From: the human T2T-CHM13v2.0 reference genome, Homo sapiens
Length of the DNA: 64,000 nt
Assembly: GCF_009914755.1 (NCBI RefSeq)
Contig: NC_060927.1
Reading direction: 5' to 3' (one strand)
Part shown: positions 48,081 to 61,538 of the stretch, in pieces
How positions within the stretch are numbered: position 1 is the first letter of the stretch
Layout: every line of letters starts with the position of its first letter
Made by a program: the position numbers and the translations under genes
The notes under the pieces: model-generated
Told to the model about the DNA's origin: nothing
Seen by the model: the letters and a program-made list of their open reading frames with translations, nothing else
The model's database searches: none

Positions 48081-49619
48081 TAAATTCAATCTAAATAAAT
48101 GTAGTGAAATATATGGTTTTTAAATACTACGTTGGCATGATAACCATGCCCATTCAGAAAGCATGCTGAAATATTAGATAATGAGCAAAGCTTCACTTGT
48201 TTGGTCATTAATCTAATTAAACTATTATAAGCAACTGATATTAAAATACCATTTTTGTATATCATAGTCCAGTTAAATAATTAAAAAGCCGAAAGGGCAT
48301 ATTTCCAGAATTAAAATGGCTACCGTGTTTACCAAATATCTTTAAACTTCCAGGCCAATGATTTGGTTTCCTGAGAATTGCCATCAGAAATTTAACACTC
48401 CAGATCCAGAAATCTGAAAAAACATCTTTCTGTGTTTCTCAGGACCTCATCTGACACGCTGGTATAAATGGAGACTATGCCTGCACTATCCCATTAAATT
48501 ATCAATTTATCTTGCCTCTTAAACATTTTCAATATTCCATCTCTTTTTGGTATTTGCATTTCATTAGACCAGACCATTTTAAGTAACAATACCTGTTTTC
48601 CCTTGATGACAAAACATTTTGACCAGCGCATAAGATGTTTGTAATACATTTAATAATTTCTATAATCAAGTGGTTGAATCTATAAGGATCCATGCATCCT
48701 CATAGATGAACGCAGGTTGGAGGGTAAACCTTACCCTCCAAACTGCAGACACTAGAGATCAAAGGCTGCCAAGTTTCCACGCCGTTTCTGTGTTTATGTT
48801 TGCATGCTTTTTTGGAACCCTTTCACTGTAACACACGAAAGCAGAGGAGACGACTTAAAGATCCTTTCTGGGTGAGGAGAACCTTGGATTCTACTCCTAA
48901 ACACTCAGTGATATTGGGAGAAACTATTAATCTTACCAAAAGCTTCACGAAGCAGATATTTTATACCTTTCCAAGATGTTGTTGGCATAACACCAGGTCT
49001 GTATACAGAGGCCTCCTCGAGTTCTGCCAGGACAAAAGCTCTTTTGTACTGGATAAGGATGGGGAAAATGCCTGTTGGGTTTGGGTTGGCTTAAACAGCA
49101 TGGGTTTTCACCACCAAGTGGGCTAATTTACTGCCTTAGTTCTAGTGAGTCACACTGCATCCTCTCTCTTGAGGGTCAAGTCTCCAGTCCAAAAGGGTGT
49201 TTTGAATTGGCCACACCATTGTGTATGGCTGGTCATCCCCAGCTGATTTCACTGTGGTGTCAGATGGTCTAAGAATTCATCATTAATACAATAATGAAAA
49301 CCTGCTCCAGGTAATGAATCAACTTGGCTTAACTTCTCCCATGCTGGGGATGGTATCTGCCCCCTCTTGAGTCTTCCTGAATGACCATACATGGTTAGGT
49401 GTCTTGGTTTCAAAGGATATTCCTATAGGTACAGTGAGTTGAGGAAGTGAGATGATCAACACACATTGTAGAGTATTGAAGGCAATTGAGTTTAACTTAT
49501 AACAAGTGCCAATGTACCAAAAACACCCAGGTATTACTATTAACAAAACTGCAGATAATCCAGCCCTTAGCTACCAGTACAATCTTGTCTGTGTCCCTTG
49601 CCGTACAATCAAGACCCTC

Positions 49620-50378
49620 AAATCACACTGGCCTTGTATCTGGTCTGAGAACATGCCAAGCCCCCTCCCACCTCAGCACCTTTGTCCTTGCTGTCCTTCC
49701 TCCCAGAATGCCCCTGTCCTGGCTTTTCTGGCTCGCTCCTTATCATTCCTTGGGTCTCAGCCTAAATGTTCCATCATCAGAAGGGCCTTGTGGCCTCCTC
49801 ACCTCCTGCCCCATTATTTTCTATCTCACTACCTCGTTTATTTCCCTCATGACAGCCATCATGTTCAGAAATTAATTGATTTTATTTATTTGTTTATTCA
49901 TGTGTTGTCTGTTTCTCCCCTCTAGAAGCATAGAGATTGGATTTATTTCTCCGGTTCACAATGCCAAGCGCAGGAAGGCATTTGCTATGGATTAAATTGT
50001 GTCCTCCCACAAATTCTAATGTTGAAGGCCCAACACCTGATGTGATGGTGTTTGGAGATGGGACGTTTGGGAGGTGATTAGGTTTAGGGGAAGTCGGGAG
50101 GGAGGGACCCTCATGATGGCATTAGTGTCTTTATAAGAAGAGACACCAGAGTGCTCTTCTGCTTGTGAGGACACAAGGAGAAGGCAGCTGACTGCAAGCC
50201 AGGAAGACAACCCACACCAGAACCCGACCATGCTGGTGCCCTGATCTCGACTTCCAGCCTCCAGTGAGAAAATAAATTCCTTTTGTTTAAGCCATGCTGT
50301 CTATGGCATTTTGCTATGGCACCTGGAGCTAACCAATACGGCACTTCAGTCTTTGTTGAATGAATGACTGAATGAATA
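49620..50378 (+). mobile_element. L2 3' end interrupted by an MLT1A-type LTR
   Basis: GGTCTCAGCCTAAATGT; ends TTTGTTGAATGAATGACTGAATGAAT. Confidence 0.7.
49983..50340 (+). mobile_element. MLT1A0-like LTR
   Basis: TGCTATGG..TGTTGAAG..GAGAAAATAAATTCC; 5-bp TSD GCA(T/C)T. Confidence 0.85.
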
Positions 50379-50488
50379 TACAATCTCCTGTAGTAATCAA
50401 GAGTTACATTTTGTAATCTGAGTGGTTCTGGATAATTTTTTTAAGTATCCATTCACCAGGAGTTCACACTATATTTGCGAAGCCATTG

Positions 50489-50528
50489 TGACATGGAGCT
50501 TTATTAAATGACATGGAGCTTTATTAAA
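50489..50528. repeat. Perfect 20-bp tandem duplication
   Basis: TGACATGGAGCTTTATTAAA x2. Confidence 0.97.
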
Positions 50529-50809
50529 TACAACTTGTCTATTTTTTTTTGGTACTCTTATCACAAATCATTATTATTCTAAACTGTACTGAAAGATACC
50601 TCCAGGCAAAGTTCATGTGCACAGCTGGCCATGAGTTCATAAGTCTTAACCAACCAGGCTTATCTATTAAATAGCTTAAAAAAAAAAAAGTACTGGCCAG
50701 TTGTTTGAATTGTTCAAAAGTTTTAACACCATGTAGACAAATCCACAAAGTTCTGAACATCTCCAGAGGACATGTGCCCAAGGTGGTCAGGTCATAGCTG
50801 GTTTGTTTG

Positions 50810-51140
50810 TTTGTTTTAAAATTTTTTCTTTCCATAGGTTTTTGGGGAACAAGTGGTATTTGGTTACATGAGTAAGTTCTTTAGTGGTGATCTGTGAGAT
50901 TTTGGTGCACCCCTCACCTGAGCAGTATACATTGAACCCAATTTATAGTCTTTTATCCCTCACCCTCTTCCCAGCTTTTCCCCCAGAGTCCTCAAAGTCC
51001 ATTGTGTCATTCTTATGCCTTTGCATCCTCATAGCTTAGCTCCCACTTATGAGTGAGAACATACAATATTTGCTTTTCCATTCCTGAGTTACTTCACCTA
51101 GAATAATACTCTCCAATCCCATCCATTCATTCCTTTTTAT
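50810..51140 (-). mobile_element. L1PB-type 3' end, antisense
   Basis: TTTGGTTACATGAGTAAGTTCTTTAGTGGTGAT..CTCCCACTTATGAGTGAGAACAT. Confidence 0.9.
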
Positions 51141-51511
51141 GGTAAAAGCTAAAATTTAAATTTTCTTTGTTTGTTAAAAAAAAGATATTGGTTATTCTGA
51201 GCAACTTCATGTTAGGGAAGGTCAATTTTTGCCTTTTTCTGGATAAAAAGTTCAGGACTCCTGAGTCGTTTCTTTGCTGCTAGTGCCAAAGAACACTCAA
51301 CAAGAACCATTCAGTCTTAGAACCTTAGTTCACCTTCAGCACATTCTACAGAGAAAATTCTGGTTGTGCTACTGGTAGCCAAATTACATCTATGTGACTA
51401 TATACTCAGGTATGCTAAGCAATTATTGGCATTCTACCAATAAAAACAAATATTATTAACTAACCTTAATTAAGCCATCACCATATGCTATGCACTGTAA
51501 TAAATAATTTA

Positions 51512-51958
<447 letters not shown>

Positions 51959-53179
51959 CTAACAGTGCCGATAATGACTGAATAAACTTGGTCTAAGTAC
52001 TTAAAAGAACACATTATTTTCCAGTTAAGATGTCCTTGTTTGTATGCAGAGAACATGATAATTTTGAAGAATTCCTGTCTAGTCATTAAACAGTTGCCCT
52101 ACGGGAATAGCATACAATAATCTGTTAGCCTAGTTCAAGTTCCTCACATGCTTCAAAGTAATAACATTGCAAGCTCCATGAGAGAACAATCATGAAATTT
52201 TTTTTCATACAGCATGTGTTTGGTAGATAGAAACCCCTCAGTAAATGTTTTTGATTAAATAAATGAATTCAATCTTTTAAATTTTCTTTAATTAAATGTC
52301 ACTAAAACTTTAGACTACTTCCCTCTGTGTTTCTTTGAGTGGTAAAGTTTTATTAAATTAAATCTTTACCTTTAGTGGATTTATAATCATTTCCCTTGCT
52401 TTCTTCCTAACAAGGTGGCCTGTGCCCTACTCACATCTGTTGGAAATTTGTACTGCCTTGCTAAGCCCAGAAAATGATGGGGAATTTATTTTCTCTTCTA
52501 TGGGTGCATTAATTAGTTCTGTGATGAATGCAGGACCAATAGCTAATATCACAATTACAAAATTCCAATCACTAAGTCTCTTCTGGTGAAAAACAAACAA
52601 ATTTGGCAGTTGAAAAAGAGGATAGTGGGATTCAAGTGCTAATTTACAACCACTCAATGAATGTTTTCTGCAATTGTTGGTGCTGTGAACACTGTCTTGA
52701 ATAGCCAGATTCTTGGCATCTCCCTAATGTTACCCAACCTCTCTCCCCACAGCCTTTCCCCATCCTTCTTTCCCTACTGAACCGGTGCTTGATGCCCTCA
52801 GCAGATGTGAGACAGCAGAGCTGTCAAAGGCCTGGTTCTGAATGGCAATGAATACCCGTTTCAGCCCCAGCTCCCAGAATGGCAGCTACCCACTTCAAGA
52901 AAAACTAAACCACCCCCAGAGAAGCCAGCTTGATGAATTATAGGTCTGCCTCTCACTGGATTTCCTCAACACTGAAATGTCACTTTTCTCTGCACCTTGC
53001 ATGACTATAAGCCACATTCTGGCTACTTCTTGGGAGTTTTCAGATTGTTGATTTTATTTAGTTAATTCAGTTTTTAAATATTTCCTGTTTCCTTTATACT
53101 GTAAACTCACCTTAGCACAAATGATTAAGTTTCATTGCTATGACCCACCTAAAAATAAAGGTGTATATACTCTAGGACC

Positions 53180-53315
53180 GTGCTGGTCATATACCATTAG
53201 CATTATCTAATTGTTAGAAATGTATATAGAATCTCGAGCCCAACCCCAGGCCTACTAAGAGAGAATTTGAATTTTAACAAGATGCCCAGGTGATTCAGAT
53301 GCAGAGTAAAATGTG
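53180..53315. mobile_element. MER5A-like hAT element
   Basis: TTGTTAGAAATG..CCCCAGGCCTACT..TTTTAACAAGATGCCCAGGTGATTC. Confidence 0.7.
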
Positions 53316-53477
53316 AGACTCACTACCCTAAGAGACAGAGTAGGAAGTAGGCAATCACCCAAATAAAACACAACACATTTTAGTGCACTATGCATTCTAT
53401 CCAATCTCAGAAAATAAATGTCACTTGCAAGGTGCACAGATCATCTCTTCTTTGCCTTAGTCTTTGGGCGAGTGCGC

Positions 53478-53503
53478 GTGTGTGTGTGTGTGTGTGTGTG
53501 TGT
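53478..53503. repeat. (TG)n microsatellite
   Basis: Direct observation. Confidence 0.95.
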
Positions 53504-55371
53504 GATTAGCACCTCGGCATTTGTTTGATAGACTACGATGCAAACCTTTACCAGCGTCTATTTTTTTTTAATCTCTGCACTGGCTTCGGCTTTAAAATTT
53601 TCAATTCCTATGTGATTGATTGCTTTCTTCTGATTCCTACATACCTTTTCATTGCTAGTAAGAGGCAGTTATCTGGGGGATTTCTACCAGATGTACAGGG
53701 TTACGTGAGACTATTTGTACCTTATCAACCAAAACAAGACAGGTAAGCTCAAAATAATCTTTGATTTTTAAAACCCATCAGAGAACTGAGGGAGCAAAGA
53801 AACCTAAATGAACCAAACTCAAGCAAGTGACAAGCTCCACATATGAAAGGAGAGACTCATGGTCATTGTCACCTCTGGGGGAATGGCAGAAGGAAGACGA
53901 GTCTGTGAACAGCAGGGATGAGAACTCAGCTGCAATTTTAACAAGCTTGGAATGGCTGCCTGTGGGCGGAGGAGCCCCAGCCACAGAGGGAGTCTGCACC
54001 TGCCTGCCTCCTCTTTCCCGAGAGTCTTCACATCATGCTGGGAATAGTTCACCAAAGCTGGGGGAAGAAAAAAATGGCTAGGGGAAACTCCTTGAGGTGT
54101 TTTGGGCCTTCATAGAGTCTAGGAAGTTTCTAGAGCCAGTGAGGAGCCAAAGGGCTGAGAGACTTCTCCAGAGGTACAGAAAGCAGGGAAGCAAAGGGCA
54201 ACGAGAAATCAAAAAGCTATCAGCTGGGCTGTAAAGCAGGCTGCGATCCCCCACAGTTCTGAAGTCTGTCAGCTCACTTTTGAAATAAAAGCCGATCTCA
54301 AGAATCTCACCAGTGCTCAGATACCCAGTTCTGCTGAAGACAAAGTCCTAATCCCACCCTCAAAACATTGAGAACAGTTGTGAACGGAATTAAACTAAAG
54401 CTACAACAATGCCCAGACCCAGATCAATTACAGATCAGATAGACTCAGCTCCTTGCAGAAGGGGCTTGCTCTTTTCTTTTTTTTGGAGGTAAATATTATT
54501 TATTTTGTATTCATTCTACTTTTATTTCAAAGTATTCAGTGTGCAATAAAAAATTTCAAGGTCTGTGAAAAAGCAAGAAAATAGGTCTCATGGTTAAGAT
54601 AGAAAATAATCAATAGAATCAGATCCAGAGCTAGCTTAAAAGTTAAAATTATCAGACTGAGATATTAAAATAAAAAACATCTATAATATAAAAATGTTAA
54701 AGGACCTCATGGAAAAGAGGACAACATTCATGAAGAGATGGGGAATTTCAAAAAAGTGGTGGAAACTAGAAAAAAAGAACCATATGGAAATGCTAAAAAT
54801 GAAAAACACAATATCAAAAATAAATTCATTAGTAGCAGCTTAGTAGCAGACTCAACAGCAGAGGAAACTGAGCATCTGACAGTATTTGGGTTAATTTCAA
54901 ACAACCCAACATATGTGCAAATGGAATCCCAAAAATAAGAGAACAGGGACAGCATGGCAGAAGAAATCATTAAAGCTTTATTGGTCAAGACTTACCAAAA
55001 TTGATTGAAGATCTCAACTCATAGAATCAAGAAGTTCCACATCCACGTTGTGTGTCAGGGGAGAGTTGGGGGTGGGAGGAGAACCAAGAACCTTAACGCA
55101 CCCACAAGGAGAATAAATAAGGAAAAAGCAGCACCTAAACAAATCACAGCCAAACTGCTGAAAAGCAGTGGTAAGTGGTAAATCTGAAAAGCAATCAAAG
55201 GGGGGAAAAATACATAAATATAAGGGAATAATGATAGAAATAACAGATGACTTTTCACTACAATCGATGGAGGCCAGAAGACAATAGAACATCTTTAAAG
55301 TGCTAAAAGAAAAACACTGTCAAACTAGAATTCTATAGCCAGTGAAAAGATACTTTAAAAATGAAGGTGAA

Positions 55372-55796
<425 letters not shown>

Positions 55797-55852
55797 TCAG
55801 ATCTGTAGGAAGAATTTAAGACTCCCAGAAAACGTTTTAAAAAATGGATACA

Positions 55853-56471
<619 letters not shown>

Positions 56472-56754
56472 TTAAAGGTCTTTTACAAAGAAATATTTAT
56501 ATATCTATTTGTGTATGTGTGTGTATATAATATTTGAAAAGATAATTGATTGTTTAAAGCAAAAAACCAATATATTGTGAGGTTTATTACATATTTGGGA
56601 ATAAAGAGTAAAATGTCAGATAATAAGAGCACAAAATGTTGGTGGGGGAAGAAATAGAATTATACTGTTGTAAAGTTCTTGCACTATCTGTGAAGTTGTA
56701 TAATAATTTTTTTTAGTATACTATTTGAAGGTAAATGCAGAGAATAATTTCTAG

Positions 56755-56948
56755 AATAGTGGTTCTCAAAATGTAGTTCCCAGACTTATACCACCAGCAT
56801 CATCTGAAAACTTACTAGAAATGAATATTTTTGAGCAATATCACAGACCTACTAGATAAGGAGCTCTAGGAGTACGGCCCAGAAATCTATGTTTTAATAA
56901 AAGCACTAGGTGTTTCTAATGTATGTAAAGTTTAAGAACCACTGCTCT
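56755..56948. mobile_element. MER5A-like hAT element
   Basis: AGTGGTTCTCAAA...TTTAAGAACCACTG terminal inverted repeats. Confidence 0.85.
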
Positions 56949-57028
56949 AGAACAGCCACTAAAAATACACCACGAGAAATACAGCTAAAAACAAGAGATA
57001 AAATGGAATGATTAAAAAATGCAAAAAG

Positions 57029-57579
<551 letters not shown>

Positions 57580-57649
57580 TTAACTCAGATTAGTAATTAT
57601 ATCAAATATAAACATATTAAACACTTAAAAGGCAGAGATTGTCAGATTA

Positions 57650-57995
<346 letters not shown>

Positions 57996-58212
57996 AATAT
58001 AAAAAGTCATAGTTTGAAAGCACAAGGGTAGAAAAAATATACCACACAAACATTAAGTATAAAAAAGCAGGTGTGGTTATATTAATATTAAGATAGGCTT
58101 CAGAATAATTATATTACTAGAGATAAAGAGGAAAAGTATTAATGATAAAAGAGAAACTCATCAAAAGGATCTATCAATACTAAGTGTGTATGCAATTACG
58201 AACGGACTTCCA

Positions 58213-58517
58213 GCCGGGTGCGGTGGCTCATGCCTGTAATCCCAGCACTTTAAGATGCTGAGGTGGGTGGATCACCTGAGGTCGGGAGTTCAAGACCGGC
58301 CTGAACAACATGGAGCAACCCTGTCTCTACTACAAATACAAAATTAGCCAGGTGTGGTGGCGCATGCCTGTAATCCCAGCTACTCAGGAGGCTGAGGCAG
58401 GAGAATCACTTGAACCTGGGAGGTGGAGGTTGCCGTGAGCCAAGATCATGCCATTGTACTCCAGCTGGGGCAACAAAACCAAAATTCCGTCTCAAAAAAA
58501 AAAAAAAAAAAAAAAAA
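58213..58517 (+). mobile_element. AluSp-like
   Basis: GAGGTCGGGAGTTC..CATGGAG. Confidence 0.95.
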
Positions 58518-58567
58518 GAATAGAGTCCCAAAATGCAAAAGCAAAATTTGACAGAAACAGACAAATT

Positions 58568-58873
58568 GACTGGGTATGGTGGCTCACACTCTAATCCCAG
58601 TACCTTGGGAGGCTGAGGTGGGAGAATCCCACTTGAGGCTAGGAGTTCAAGACCAGCCTGTGCAAAACAGTGAGACTCTGTCTCTACAAAACATAAAAAA
58701 AAAAAAAAAAACAATTAGCTGTGAATAGTGGTACATGCCTGTAGTCCCAACTACCTGGGAGTCTGATGTGGGAGGATCGCTTGAGCCTACGAGTTTGAAG
58801 TTATGGTGAGCTATGATTGCACCACTGCACCCCAGGCTGGGTGACAGAGTGAGATCCCATCTTAAAAAAAAAA
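58568..58873 (+). mobile_element. AluJ
   Basis: Dimeric Alu. Confidence 0.93.
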
Positions 58874-59168
58874 ATAGAAAGAAAACAGAAAAGAAAAGAA
58901 AGAAATGGACAAATCTACAATCATAGTTGGAGTGATTTTTAAGACTCTTGTCTCAGTAATTGATAGGACAAATAGGCAAAAAACCAATAGAGATATATTA
59001 TATTTGAGCAACACTGTCAACCAACTTGACTCAACTGATTTTATAAAATGTTACCACAAATGTAGAATACGCATTTGTTTGTATTTGAACCCACATAAAA
59101 CATTCATTAAGATGGATTATATGCTGGGCAATGAAAGACGTTTTAATAACTGTTAAAAATTAAAATCT

Positions 59169-59425
59169 GGCTGGGCATGGTAGCTCACATCTGTAATCCC
59201 AGTACTTTAGGAGGCTGAAGCAGGAGGATTGCTTGAGTCCAGGAGTTCGAGACCAGCCTGAAGAATATAACAAGATCCCATCTCCACAAAAAATACCAAA
59301 ATTATCTGGTCACAGTGGCACATGCCTGTAGTACCAGCTACTTGGAAGTCTGAGGCCATGATTGTACCATTGCACTCAGCCTGGGCAACAGAATGAGACC
59401 CTCTCTGAACAACAAAAACAAAAAA
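59169..59425 (+). mobile_element. AluJ with a right-arm deletion
   Basis: TSD AAAAATTAAAATCT. Confidence 0.92.
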
Positions 59426-59609
59426 TTAAAATCTAATACAGTGTATCTTCTGACCAAATAGTAATAAATTAGAAATCAATAATTAAAAGATACCTGGCAC
59501 TACACACCTATTTAAACATCTAAAATTAAAAATAATGACAATACAAAATGCTAGTAGGGATGCAGAGAAACTAGATCTCTCATGCATTGCGATGGGAAAT
59601 ATAAAATGG

Positions 59610-60090
59610 GAGCCTACCAGCTGGTATAGAAGGGAATGGGTAGGAGGAACTGGGTGCTGACTCATTCAGCACTGTCCCTTTTCTATACTGCTGATACATC
59701 CCATGGTTCTGAGAAGCCTTATCTCAGTCTATTTGGAAGAGAGGGAGGAAGAGAAGGAAGTAACCCAAAGTACTACTCATTCATCCTTGTATATTGATTA
59801 GTTAAAGGGATAATTAATTTTCTGCTGAGGAGAATTTGACAGATTTTGAAAATGAGTAAAGGCAAAAAAAATTTTTTTAGCCTTTATTTTGCCTGTTGGA
59901 ATTTTACAGAGTCAAAGTAGGCAGAATAAGAAAATAGCTCTTCAGGAGGGCTGACCCTTAAAGAACTGCAACATAGTTTTGGAATTGTGGGGAAGAGAAG
60001 AGTGACTGAGCTGAGGAGTAATAACAGGAGAATAAAGTCTTGAGTAACTTAAAAAAATAAAAGTTAATAAATAAGTAAATAAATAAATGG
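59610..60090 (+). pseudogene. Retroposed mRNA 3' UTR fragment (5'-truncated processed pseudogene), parent unidentified
   Basis: Non-repeat sequence, AATAAA at 60031, A-rich tail from 60051, imperfect TSD ending AAATGG, splits L1M motif AAAATGG|TACAGC. Confidence 0.8.
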
Positions 60091-60479
60091 TACAGCTATG
60101 CTGGCAAATAGTTTATCAGTGTCTTAAAAAAATCTACATTACAAAATGACCTAGTAATTGCATTCCTGGGCATTTATCTCAGAGAAAAGAAAATTTATAT
60201 GCACACAAAAATGTGCACATAAATTTTTATAGCAGATTTGTTTGTAGTAGCCCAAAATTGGAACAATTCAAATCTCTTCAGTGGGTGAATAAGTAAACAA
60301 ATTATGGTACATCCATATCATGGAATACTACTCAATGATAAAAGAGAAACTTACTACTGATACACAAAACCACTTGGATAAATCTCAAGAGAACTATACT
60401 GAGTGAAACAAAGTCCATCTCAAAGGTTATATATGATGTGACTCTATTTATATAACATTCTTCTTAAATTTTTTAATAT

Positions 60480-60614
60480 TTATTTTTAATTTTTTAATAT
60501 ACAGACAGGGTCTGTATGTTGCCCAGGCTGGTGTCAAACTCCTGGCTTCAGGTTATCCTCCTGCCTTGACCTCCCATAGTGCTGAGATTATAGGCATGAG
60601 CCACCATGCCTGGC
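60480..60614 (-). mobile_element. FLAM-like monomer
   Basis: TSD TATATAACATTCTT. Confidence 0.88.
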
Positions 60615-61007
60615 CTATATAACATTCTTGAAATAATAAAATTACAGAGATGGAGAATAGATTGATTGCCAGGGCTGTGGGACAGGTGAGAAGAAGGGAA
60701 TGGGTATGACTATGGAGGGGTAGCATGAGGGAATTTTACTGTGATAGAACAGTTTTGCATCTTGATTGTGGTGGTGATTACACTAATCTACACCTGTGAT
60801 GAAATTGCATAGAACTATATATGCACCTACATACAAGTTGAATGCATGTAAAACTGGTGAAATATGAATATATACCTGTGGATTGCACCAATGTCAATGT
60901 CCTTGTTTTGACATTGTATTATAGTCATGTAAGATTTTTACCATTGGACGAAACTGAGTGAAGATACATGGAAATTCTGTGTATTATGTTTGTAATTTCT
61001 TGTGATA

Positions 61008-61308
61008 TTATTATCATTATTATTTGAGACAGAGTCTAGCTCTGTCACCCAGGCTGGAGTGCAGCGGCATGATCTCGGCTCACTGCAACCTCTGCCTCCT
61101 GGGTTCAAGTAATCCTCTCATCTCAGCCTCCTGAGTAGCTGGGACTATAGGTGTGTGCTGCTATACCTGGCTAATTTTTTTTTTATTTTTTCAGAAACAA
61201 TGTTTCACCATATTGCCCAGCTGGTCTCAAACTCCTGAGCTCAAGCAATCTGTCCGCTTTGACCTCCCAAAGTGCTGGGATTACAGGCATGAGCCACAGC
61301 ACCCAGCC
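61008..61308 (-). mobile_element. AluJb-like
   Basis: Antisense dimeric Alu. Confidence 0.94.
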
Positions 61309-61538
61309 TATAATTATTTTAAAAGAAAAAGTTACCTGGAAAATTCATAAATATTTGGAAATTAAGCAACACTCTTGTAAATAAACTATAAATAAATGAA
61401 AAATTACAAAAAACATTAGAATACATTTTGACCTAAACAATTTAAAAAAACCAAACATACCAAACATTGTGGAATGCTATGAAAGCAGTGCTCAATGAAA
61501 AATTTTAGTTTTAAATGCCTTATTAAAAGTAAGTAACA

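Larger units (their letters stand above)
59498..61326 (+). mobile_element. 5'-truncated L1MB/MC 3' end nested in the older L1M
   Basis: TSD AAAAG(A/T)TACCTGG at 59485-59497 and 61327-61339; TCCTGGGCATTTATCTCAGAG; CATCTTGATTGTGGTGGTG. Confidence 0.85.

Noticed and set aside
48678-48752. H/ACA snoRNA (two hairpins, AGATGA, ACA)
   Set aside because: About 75 nt is far too short, there are no pseudouridylation pockets, and the H box overlaps a stem.
50768-50805. MER4-group LTR (GACATGTGCCCAAGGTGGTC)
   Set aside because: Match too short (<40 bp) to call reliably.
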